From the NCBI RefSeq assembly GCF_000011805.1, contig NC_006841.2: 32,000 nt of DNA. The stretch is one strand, 5' to 3'. Shown piece after piece: positions 1 through 7,530 of the stretch; within the stretch, counting starts at the first letter, position 1; every line of letters starts with the position of its first letter. The position numbers were made by a program, and so were the translations under genes. The notes under the pieces were generated by a model. That model had not been told where the DNA came from and did no database searches. It saw only the letters and a list, made by a program, of their open reading frames with translations. Source of the stretch: Aliivibrio fischeri ES114. GTDB lineage: Bacteria > Pseudomonadota > Gammaproteobacteria > Enterobacterales > Vibrionaceae.

Positions 1-312
1 GGGATAGAAAGAAAAACACAACTTAACTTGATTAAGTTGTTTGATGATAATGCAATAATACAAGGTTATTATTATTCATATCCATTGCCATTAGAGTGCG
101 TAATTAAAAACAGATACAGTGTTGAAAAAAATAGAGTATCTTTAAAAAGAACAACAGTTTTAGATGAGATTGAAAAGAAAATATATAAAATGATTATTTC
201 TGAAAGCAAGGATAAGATTAATAATGAAATAAAAGATATAGATACAATGTTAGAAGTTTATAATGTTAATTATAAAAATACAATTTCAAATTTTAAAAAG
301 AATTATTATTGA
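1..312 (+). CDS. hypothetical protein, probable 3' part of a CDS running off the left edge
   Basis: Frame 1 has no stop codon from base 1 to the stop at 310-312. The listed start at 28 is a TTG. The product is very AT-rich and Lys/Asn/Ile-rich, with no motif I recognise. Confidence 0.3.
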   Translation, partial: GIERKTQLNLIKLFDDNAIIQGYYYSYPLPLECVIKNRYSVEKNRVSLKRTTVLDEIEKKIYKMIISESKDKINNEIKDIDTMLEVYNVNYKNTISNFKKNYY

Positions 313-594
313 TTAATTCTTTAAATTTGTTTTATTTTTAAGTGGGGTAAAGGTAATTTTATTTCTTATAAATGCAATTCTATGGCGATCTATATTGAAT
401 AAATACAGTGATCTTATGTATTCAATTGATATTGGATTTTATATATCGGTTATTATAGGGTTGAATATCCTTGTTGGATATTTATACTAGTTTAAATTTA
501 AGATATTTATAATAAAACAACGAAAACAATCAAAAAGCATAAATAAATGCTGTCAATTAAAAACTAAGTTAGTCTTTTTAGGATATAAGTATAA

Positions 595-2205
595 ATGAAT
601 AAAATAACATTAAAAATGTTTTTCAATCTAATGATAAGTATCATAATTATAATATCAACCTCATCTATTTTAATCTTCAATATAACTACTATTGAGATTA
701 AAGAGAAAGAAAATTTTTTACAAGAGCAAATTATTGGTTCACTTAATAGTATTAATAGAATAAATGGACTAATTAATGAAATAAGAAAAAGTGATATTCT
801 TATTTTTAGTAAAATTAATGTCGAGAGTGCTAGAAAAAATCGTGAAACTTTTAATGAGGAATTAGTTAAAGAACTTGATACATATTCTCAGTTTCATGCT
901 AATGAAGCTGATGCTAAGGCTTTTGACAAGTTAAAAGTTACAATATCAAAATACAATGATACATTAACATTTGATATGATTGATTATGAGTATAGTTTGT
1001 CTCTTATAGTTGACATTTTAAAATTAACTGATGAGTTAACATTTATTAATAATAGCTATGTTTCAGATTACATGGAGAGTAATGAAAAAAGTCTTAATAA
1101 TAATATAAAATATATCTCGTTCTTTTTCTTAGTAACTTTAATTGTTACTATTTTGTTTACAATGAGAATGATGAAAGATATTAATTCAAGAATTAAACTC
1201 ATTAATGATGCAATAAAGAGATTTGTAAGTCTAGACATTAGAACTAGTGAGTTATGTTATTTTATAGAATCTAAAAAATTTAAAAATGATGAAATAGGTT
1301 CTATTATGCTAAATTTGAAAGAGTTTAGAATAAAAATAACTGAGGTTTTAACTTTAACTAGTAACTCTATAAATAATAATAAAATAGGTATTGATAAAAT
1401 TGGAGGCTCTTTATCTGATAATAAAAATTTTATGGTTACACAATTTGATAATATGAGTCAATTAGTAACAGCGATAAACGAGCTTCAATGTGCAGCAATG
1501 GAAGTTGCTAGTAATATTAATCAATCTGCTGGATTAACACAAGAATCATCACAGCAATGTATTGAAACAAAAGATGTAATTCAGGGAACTAAAAAAGCAA
1601 TTAATAATACAAGTTTAAGTCTTGAAGAATGTAATAGTATTGCTGATCTGCTTCAAAAAGATAGTGAACAAATTGCATCTGTTTTAGTGTTGATAAGAAA
1701 CATTGCAGATCAAACTAATTTATTAGCTCTAAATGCAGCAATTGAAGCAGCACGAGCTGGAGAGTCAGGTCGTGGTTTTGCTGTTGTAGCAGATGAAGTG
1801 CGTATGTTAGCTCAGAAAACTCAAGAATCAACAATTAAAATTGAGAGTATTATTTCTGTTTTACAAGATAGAACAACAGGTGTACAAGAAAAAATTAATG
1901 ATAGTAACTTATTGATGAATAGCTGTGTTGAGAAAATTAACGATGCTGAAAGTTATATAGAAAATGTATCAAATAATCTTGTGGCTTTGTCTGAAATGGG
2001 GCATCAAATAGCAACAGCTTCAGAAGAACAAACATCAGTTATCAACGAAATTAATGTAAACGCTGTGGCTGTAAATGATATTACAACTGAAAGTGTAAAT
2101 TTATCAGAAAATGTTGCTATCGAAATTATTGATATAAATAGAGATATTTCAAGTACAAAAGATATGATTAGCCAATTTGAAATCGATAAATATGAAGATA
2201 AGTAA
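595..2205 (+). CDS. methyl-accepting chemotaxis protein
   Basis: It has an N-terminal TM helix and a second TM segment (YISFFFLVTLIVTILFTMRMM). The canonical MCP signalling hairpin is present: [42 protein letters not shown]. Confidence 0.93.
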   Translation: MNKITLKMFFNLMISIIIIISTSSILIFNITTIEIKEKENFLQEQIIGSLNSINRINGLINEIRKSDILIFSKINVESARKNRETFNEELVKELDTYSQFHANEADAKAFDKLKVTISKYNDTLTFDMIDYEYSLSLIVDILKLTDELTFINNSYVSDYMESNEKSLNNNIKYISFFFLVTLIVTILFTMRMMKDINSRIKLINDAIKRFVSLDIRTSELCYFIESKKFKNDEIGSIMLNLKEFRIKITEVLTLTSNSINNNKIGIDKIGGSLSDNKNFMVTQFDNMSQLVTAINELQCAAMEVASNINQSAGLTQESSQQCIETKDVIQGTKKAINNTSLSLEECNSIADLLQKDSEQIASVLVLIRNIADQTNLLALNAAIEAARAGESGRGFAVVADEVRMLAQKTQESTIKIESIISVLQDRTTGVQEKINDSNLLMNSCVEKINDAESYIENVSNNLVALSEMGHQIATASEEQTSVINEINVNAVAVNDITTESVNLSENVAIEIIDINRDISSTKDMISQFEIDKYEDK

Positions 2206-2223
2206 ATAAATATAACTAGAATC

Positions 2224-2247
2224 AGCTCTATCGATATCGATAGAGCT
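2224..2247 (+). terminator. perfect 24-nt palindrome downstream of the first MCP gene (possible terminator hairpin)
   Basis: agctctatcgatatcgatagagct is exactly self-complementary and begins 19 nt after the stop codon. The downstream sequence is A/T-rich but has no clean T-run. Confidence 0.4.
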
Positions 2248-2285
2248 AATAAATTTAATACCAATTAACATAAGAAGATTATCAG

Positions 2286-2552
2286 ATGAGCTTAGAGAAA
2301 AATATTATATCCTCTCTTAAAGGAGATTTTATATGGAATGGAGTGAAAACAGAAATACTTTTGCCTTTATCTATCTTAGATTTAATGTGTATACATGAAA
2401 AAAAATATGACGAAATAATTAATTGTATTTTTTCTATTATCAATACTCATAACGATGATGTTGTGAATACAATACATGACATTATGAATCATGATGATTT
2501 ATTTAGTGCCAAAGAGAAATCTCATATAAATTTTGATAAAAATAGAACATAA
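2286..2552 (+). CDS. hypothetical small protein
   Basis: An 88-aa ORF lies between the two MCP genes on the same strand. It has no recognisable motif and the same extreme AT-rich composition as its neighbours. Confidence 0.3.
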   Translation: MSLEKNIISSLKGDFIWNGVKTEILLPLSILDLMCIHEKKYDEIINCIFSIINTHNDDVVNTIHDIMNHDDLFSAKEKSHINFDKNRT

Positions 2553-2633
2553 AAATAAGTTTAATGAAGTTTAATGTTTAATTGAAAATCATTAAGTAAG
2601 GTTAGTACTTTGATAAGTATATGGAAATAAATT

Positions 2634-4277
2634 ATGGGCACTATCTTAAAATTAACAGTTCGAACTAGATTAATTACTGGCTTTGGATTAATCCTATTTT
2701 TAATATTCTTATTAACTATTTTAGGAATACAAAAAGTAAATTATATAGATGATACGTTAACTGAAATGACTGATGTTAACTCAGTAAAACAGCGATATGC
2801 TATAAATTACCGAGGTAGTGTCCATGATCGAGCTATAGTAATTAGAGATATAGCGATTGCAAGAACACCACAAGAATTATTAAAACTAGAACGAGAAATG
2901 ATTAAATTAACAGAGTTTTATGTTCAATCTGAAATTAAAATGAATGAAATGAGTTTACGAGGTATAAATTTCACAGAAAAAGAACAAAGTATTTTAGCCG
3001 AGATTAATAGAGCGAAAAATAAAACACTTCCTTTAATTGAAAATATTATTGATGACAAGAAATCAGGTTCTGTTATGGCAGGTGCTATTCTTGATTCTGC
3101 TCGACCTGCATTTATTCAGTGGCTAACGATAATCAACGAATTTATTGATTATCAAGAACAATATAATCAAGTGCTAACTTTTGAAGCTAGATATATCGCT
3201 GGTGGTTTTCAGCAACTAATGTTATTACTTAGTGCTTTTGCTTTAACTATATCTTTATTTATTATTTTTATTATTGAACGAAGTTTTAAAATATCTTTAG
3301 GGGGTGAACCATGGGAACTATCGGAGATGATAAAAAAAATATCAGAAGGAAACTTATCTCAATATTTTGATAATAATCCGGATGATATTGGTATATATTA
3401 TTCTCTAATCATGCTGAATAAAAAAGTTGGGTATGCAATTAGAAATAGTAGAGATATATCAAATCATGTAGCGACTTCATCTAAGCAATTAACAATTGTT
3501 ATGCAAAATACAGCAAGTAATGCTCAACATGTATTATCACAAGTTGACGAAATTTCAAATGTCATTAGTGAGTTGTCTGCAAAATCAAAAGAGGTAACTT
3601 CTAATGCTGTTCATGCAAAAGATGAGGTTAATAAAGCTATCGACAATGTTTGCCAAGGAAATAAAACGTTAGATGAATCGATTTTTTTAACGCAAAAAAT
3701 TAATGAATCAGTACAGCACACAGCGAGTATGATTGCAGAGTTAAAAACGGATGCAATGGATATTGGCGAAGTAACAGCTGTTATTAATTCTATCTCTGAT
3801 CAAACTAATTTATTAGCGTTAAATGCTGCTATTGAAGCTGCTCGTGCTGGTGAGTATGGTCGTGGTTTTGCTGTTGTAGCAGATGAAGTTCGTAACCTTG
3901 CCTCTAAAACTCAAGAATCGACACAAAGCATTCAAAAGATTATTATTAAATTGCAAGCTCAATCTGAAAGAGCTAATGATAATATGATAAGTAATGTAGA
4001 ATTTATTCAAGAATTAGTTGCTCTATCTGAAAATGTAAAATCATCTTTTGACTATATTGAAAATTCAGTTCAATCAATTTCCAAAATGAACGCTTTAGTA
4101 GCAAATACTTCTCAAGAGCAATTCACTCTTACAGAAAGAATAGAGCTGAATGTTAGCAATACAGTTAATTTAGTTAACCAAAATGTAGTAGTGATGAATC
4201 AAACGCAGCAATCAACTAAAGAATTGTCGCAATTAGCTGTAAAACAAAAAGAAGAACTGGAGTTTTTTAAAGTATAA
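2634..4277 (+). CDS. methyl-accepting chemotaxis protein
   Basis: Two TM segments flank a periplasmic sensor region of about 170 aa, followed by a HAMP-like stretch. The signalling hairpin is [42 protein letters not shown]. Confidence 0.93.
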   Translation: MGTILKLTVRTRLITGFGLILFLIFLLTILGIQKVNYIDDTLTEMTDVNSVKQRYAINYRGSVHDRAIVIRDIAIARTPQELLKLEREMIKLTEFYVQSEIKMNEMSLRGINFTEKEQSILAEINRAKNKTLPLIENIIDDKKSGSVMAGAILDSARPAFIQWLTIINEFIDYQEQYNQVLTFEARYIAGGFQQLMLLLSAFALTISLFIIFIIERSFKISLGGEPWELSEMIKKISEGNLSQYFDNNPDDIGIYYSLIMLNKKVGYAIRNSRDISNHVATSSKQLTIVMQNTASNAQHVLSQVDEISNVISELSAKSKEVTSNAVHAKDEVNKAIDNVCQGNKTLDESIFLTQKINESVQHTASMIAELKTDAMDIGEVTAVINSISDQTNLLALNAAIEAARAGEYGRGFAVVADEVRNLASKTQESTQSIQKIIIKLQAQSERANDNMISNVEFIQELVALSENVKSSFDYIENSVQSISKMNALVANTSQEQFTLTERIELNVSNTVNLVNQNVVVMNQTQQSTKELSQLAVKQKEELEFFKV

Positions 4278-4339
4278 TTAATGGCTTTATTCACAAGAAG
4301 TATATGTAATTGGGGGTAAATTTTTTTGGGTTAAATAAT

Positions 4340-4578
4340 TTAACTCCGGTAGAAGTTTAATCTAATGAAGGGCAGTTTTATGCTAACCACTCGAAGTATA
4401 TATAATCTTTTTCCTGTCTCTATGTAGTTACAGGGTCACTATATTTAAGTTGCTAAGGTTTCCTTCCTTTTGGACGTATACGTAATCCTAACCATCAGAG
4501 AATTTATATTCTTTTCTCGTTGAAGTGACTGATTTTACCTATCTATTACCTTCTTTGAATCTCATTACTTTAGACCAT
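4340..4578 (-). pseudogene. decayed 5' fragment of a P4-type tyrosine integrase gene (about the first 75 codons)
   Basis: The reverse complement aligns collinearly with the 5' end of the intact integrase at 30681-31880. Exact shared words are ttacagggtcact (4428-4440 = 31727-31739), ttggacgta (4470-4478 = 31769-31777) and accatcaga (4491-4499 = 31798-31806). An ATG equivalent lies at 4576-4578. The fragment has several in-frame stops and frameshifts, and its left limit is approximate. Confidence 0.7.
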
Positions 4579-4838
4579 AGAACAACTCTGTAATAGCTGA
4601 GCAGTTATGTTGATTATCCCAAAGCAGCACATCAAGTATTCCAAATAATTGATAGTTTAATTTCATCGATAGGTTCTATTTGAGATTTTACTGAAATTTG
4701 AATGTGCTCAAGTTGGTATATTTAATGGATAGTATATAAAAATCTGATGACGCTCTATTGTTAGGGGACAAATGTCCTCTTTATCCTAGATGATCCTGTT
4801 TTATGATTTTGATACTGATAACAATAAAGGACAACAAC

Positions 4839-5573
4839 ATGGATTTACTTTCTCTATTAGATATTAATAATACACTAGTCAACATTCCAATTGGTGGTGG
4901 GTATGCCATGAGTTGGGTTGAGGGATTCGGAACTATTTTTGGATTATTGTGTATTTGGTTTGCAAGCCAAGAAAAAACCATCAATTACGTTTTTGGTTTA
5001 CTTAACGTTACATTATTTGCAGTCATTTTCTTTCAAATACAACTCTATGGACTGTTATTACTTCAGCTCTTCTTTTTCTGCGCCAACATCTATGGCTGGT
5101 ATGCATGGACAAAACCTAACTCTAGTGGAGAAACACTTGAAGTTCGTTGGTTAAGTCAATCCAAACTTCTTGCTATCTCTGGGGGGAGTATTGCTGCTAT
5201 AGCTTTACTTACTATTTACATCGATCCATTTTTCTTTAGCTTAGCAACTATCGCTGTTGATGGGATGAATCTATTCGGTGCAGAGTTAGCTGAACCTGTA
5301 TTAGCGCCTGATGCATTTCCATTTTGGGATTCGACTATGACCGTTTTATCTATCGTGGCTCAGATTCTAATGACTCGTAAATACGTTGAAAATTGGATGC
5401 TTTGGATAGTTATTAATATCATTAGTATAGGAATTTATGCTACTCAAGGTGTTTTTGCTATGTCAGTTCAATACTCAATTCTTATGTTTATCGCCGCTAA
5501 TGGTGCTCGTGAGTGGGCTCGTACAGCAAAAGAAAATATAAATAACAAACAAGTAGAAAAGGCAATAGCATGA
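4839..5573 (+). CDS. pnuC: nicotinamide riboside transporter PnuC
   Basis: The product is a multi-TM protein with the PnuC-type N-terminus (VNIPIGGGYAMSWVEGFGTIFGLLCIWFASQEK) and the W-rich motif NIYGWYAWTK. I prefer the ATG at 4839, which has AAAGGA 7 nt upstream, over the track start at 4803. Confidence 0.85.
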   Translation: MDLLSLLDINNTLVNIPIGGGYAMSWVEGFGTIFGLLCIWFASQEKTINYVFGLLNVTLFAVIFFQIQLYGLLLLQLFFFCANIYGWYAWTKPNSSGETLEVRWLSQSKLLAISGGSIAAIALLTIYIDPFFFSLATIAVDGMNLFGAELAEPVLAPDAFPFWDSTMTVLSIVAQILMTRKYVENWMLWIVINIISIGIYATQGVFAMSVQYSILMFIAANGAREWARTAKENINNKQVEKAIA

Positions 5574-6304
5574 GTAAACAACCACATATTTGCGTTGATG
5601 AAAATCAAGTTTCCCCTTATGTCATTGTGTGTGGAGAGCCAGATCGAGTAAATCGAATCGTTGAATTAATGGACAACGTAGAGCTACTTGCTGAAAACCG
5701 AGAATATCGAGTGTTTAATGGTGTGTATAAAGGCACAACGATAACGATTTGTAGTACAGGAATTGGCGCACCATCCATGATCATTGCTGTGGAAGAGCTG
5801 AAACTATGCGGTGCTACACACGTCATACGAGTGGGTTCTGCTGGTGCAATGCAAGATCATATCCAGTTAGGAGAATTGATTGTTGCTGAAGGTGCAGTGC
5901 GTGATGAAGGAGGATCTAAAGCCTATATTAGCTCTGCTTATCCAGCTTATGCGAGCTTTGCTTTATTAAAAGAAATAAGCCATTTTTTAGAAAATCAATC
6001 TGTAAAGTACTACTTTGGCGTAGTTCGATCTCACGATAGCTTTTATACCGATGAAGAAGATCAACTCTGCCAGTACTGGAATAAGAAAGGTATCCTAGGT
6101 GCCGATATGGAAACATCAGCACTATTCACTGTAGGGAGACTTCGTGGATTACAGGTTGCTTCTATTCTTAATAATGTCGTTCTTTACCAACAAGATGTTA
6201 AAGAGGGCGTAAATCAATATGTGAATGATAATAAAGCGATGATGAATGGTGAAAGGTTAGCCGCCATTACTGCGTTAGAAACTCTATGTAAACAAGGAGC
6301 ATAG
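5570..6304 (+). CDS. nucleoside phosphorylase, uridine phosphorylase (Udp)-like, PNP/UDP family
   Basis: ICSTGIGAPSMIIAVEEL and VRVGSAGA resemble the E. coli Udp motifs VCSTGIGGPSTSIAVEEL and RIGTTGA, recalled from memory. DMETSALF matches the family E-M-E-S/T motif. The start overlaps the pnuC stop in an ATGA. Confidence 0.8.
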   Translation: MSKQPHICVDENQVSPYVIVCGEPDRVNRIVELMDNVELLAENREYRVFNGVYKGTTITICSTGIGAPSMIIAVEELKLCGATHVIRVGSAGAMQDHIQLGELIVAEGAVRDEGGSKAYISSAYPAYASFALLKEISHFLENQSVKYYFGVVRSHDSFYTDEEDQLCQYWNKKGILGADMETSALFTVGRLRGLQVASILNNVVLYQQDVKEGVNQYVNDNKAMMNGERLAAITALETLCKQGA

Positions 6305-6315
6305 AGTAATTAAAA

Positions 6316-6351
6316 TTGTGCTTTAGTGAATTAAAGCGATCTAAAGCACAA
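6316..6351 (+). terminator. 11-bp hairpin after the phosphorylase gene (possible terminator)
   Basis: ttgtgctttag (6316-6326) pairs perfectly with ctaaagcacaa (6341-6351). The loop is 14 nt and no T-run follows, so the function is uncertain. Confidence 0.35.
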
Positions 6352-6434
6352 CTTATGGGCAAAAGGCTAGAAAGAGTTGTATTTATGGTTGGATCTAATT
6401 AACGTTGCAGCCATTGTTTCTTGATGAGTTCATT

Positions 6435-7118
6435 ATGAAAATCAGTCCTTATTCTTCTGGTCGCTTTTACTCATTTTTAGCCAGTAAAAGTAATAAATTT
6501 AAAGAGCTGCTTTATCAGTGCCAAGTAAGTACGGGTTATGTTGATGTAGGTACTGAAATTCTTCGTCAAGGAGAGGCGCTAGACTACATTTATATTGTTC
6601 CTGGCGGTCGTGTGTCTATGAGTATTTTGGCTATTAATGGACGACGATTTCAGCTTGGTGAGGCTAATTGTGATTATCATATCTTTGGAGAAATGGAGTT
6701 TTTCACTCAAACACCTTGTCAGTGGACTGTTATTGCCGATGAGTATTTACAAGTAGATACGATCTGCTTAAAAGCGTTAACTAAAGCCTTATATAAACAG
6801 CCAGAGATGATGTTCTTTTTTGCAGCAGCATTAGCAGAAGATTATCAAGACTCGATGGATATTTATACCAACCGATTATTGCATCCTATTGCGTATAATA
6901 TTGGATATGATCTATTAATGCAGAAAAGTGGTATAACTACTGCATTAGGGAGCTTTAATAAAGTACTTCAAGAAGCTGAGCGATTTGGAACGTCTGAAAG
7001 AGTATATCGAAGAGCAGTTAAAAGCCTAATAGATAAAAATCTCATAGAAAAAAGCGACCAAGGCTTAGTTATTATTAATGAAGATGAATTAAGAGCTTTT
7101 TTAGAAGGACATGAATAG
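6435..7118 (+). CDS. Crp/Fnr-family transcriptional regulator (cNMP-binding-like domain plus C-terminal HTH)
   Basis: A beta-barrel-like segment (ILRQGEALDYIYIVPGGRVSMSILAINGRRFQLGEANCDYHIFGEMEFF) is followed by a C-terminal HTH-like segment (GTSERVYRRAVKSLIDKNLIE). I prefer the ATG at 6435 to the TTG at 6405. Confidence 0.65.
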   Translation: MKISPYSSGRFYSFLASKSNKFKELLYQCQVSTGYVDVGTEILRQGEALDYIYIVPGGRVSMSILAINGRRFQLGEANCDYHIFGEMEFFTQTPCQWTVIADEYLQVDTICLKALTKALYKQPEMMFFFAAALAEDYQDSMDIYTNRLLHPIAYNIGYDLLMQKSGITTALGSFNKVLQEAERFGTSERVYRRAVKSLIDKNLIEKSDQGLVIINEDELRAFLEGHE

Positions 7119-7120
7119 AA

Positions 7121-7164
7121 CATAAACCCCACATCGTAAAGGTGTGGGCTTTCTGTTTTTTTTG
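7121..7164 (+). terminator. rho-independent terminator
   Basis: The cccaca/tgtggg stem (7128-7133 / 7143-7148) has flanking partial pairing and is followed by ctttctgtttttttt. Confidence 0.6.
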
Positions 7165-7307
7165 CTTGGGTTCTCTTTCAGTTCACCATATTTATTTTAT
7201 CTCTAATTTTAAAATCAAAATTTATAATCCATTCTCCTAGCAGACAATCTTGCACAGTTCCTTTAATCTTAAATCTCAATTTAAACAATCAATTAAAGGA
7301 AACTATT

Positions 7308-7451
7308 ATGCCTAATTCAAAAACACCAATGACACCAAATGCAGCAGCTCGAATTCAAAGTGCAGAGGCGAAAGCAAATAGTGGGCAAGTAGCAAAAGGA
7401 AGTTTTGCAGCTAAAGCTCAAAAAGCAGCAGCAAAGAATAGCAATAAATAG
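7308..7451 (+). CDS. small Ala/Lys-rich protein (47 aa), not in the supplied ORF track
   Basis: The ATG at 7308 has AAGGA 8 nt upstream and the stop is TAG at 7449-7451. The translation is MPNSKTPMTPNAAARIQSAEAKANSGQVAKGSFAAKAQKAAAKNSNK. Its own terminator lies at 7461-7490. The motif resembles small SMP/LEA-like bacterial stress proteins as I recall them, so the family call is weak. Confidence 0.5.
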   Translation: MPNSKTPMTPNAAARIQSAEAKANSGQVAKGSFAAKAQKAAAKNSNK

Positions 7452-7460
7452 AAATGATAA

Positions 7461-7490
7461 AAATGGGCCTTTGTGCCCATTTATATTGTT
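7461..7490 (+). terminator. rho-independent terminator
   Basis: aaatgggc (7461-7468) pairs with gcccattt (7475-7482) around a 6-nt loop, followed by a T-rich tail. Confidence 0.55.
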
Positions 7491-7530
7491 AAAAAGGGTG
7501 TAAAAAACACTTAATCAAAAACATATCAGT

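Noticed and set aside
1700-1850. A segment of about 130 nt that is highly similar to 3790-3940, including an identical 32-mer ggtcgtggttttgctgttgtagcagatgaagt.
   Set aside because: It is explained by both segments encoding the ultra-conserved MCP signalling hairpin. This is paralogy, not a mobile or regulatory repeat.
2224-2247. The 24-nt perfect palindrome as a special regulatory or restriction-site cluster (it contains ATCGAT twice and GATATC).
   Set aside because: Its position directly after a stop codon makes a transcription-terminator hairpin the simplest reading. Nothing links it to the R-M system 8 kb away.
3331-3340. Homopolymer tracts (A8 in the second MCP gene, G6 in pnuC at about 5181-5186) as phase-variation switches.
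   Set aside because: The tracts are short, single and expected by chance in AT-rich coding sequence. There is no evidence of length polymorphism within this window.
4579-4838. Possible riboswitch, tRNA 3' remnant or att core between the integrase fragment and pnuC.
   Set aside because: I could not find a conserved riboswitch-like structure or a convincing tRNA-end sequence. The region shows no clear repeat of the sequence right of the intact integrase beyond about 40 nt of weak leader similarity. The question stays open but unsupported.
4781-5154. Short ORFs 4781-4984 (-) and 4918-5154 (+), and the extended 4803 start for pnuC.
   Set aside because: They overlap the PnuC reading frame, which has family-typical motifs. 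The ATG at 4839 has a proper AAAGGA Shine-Dalgarno, whereas the upstream extension (MILILITIKDNN) has none.
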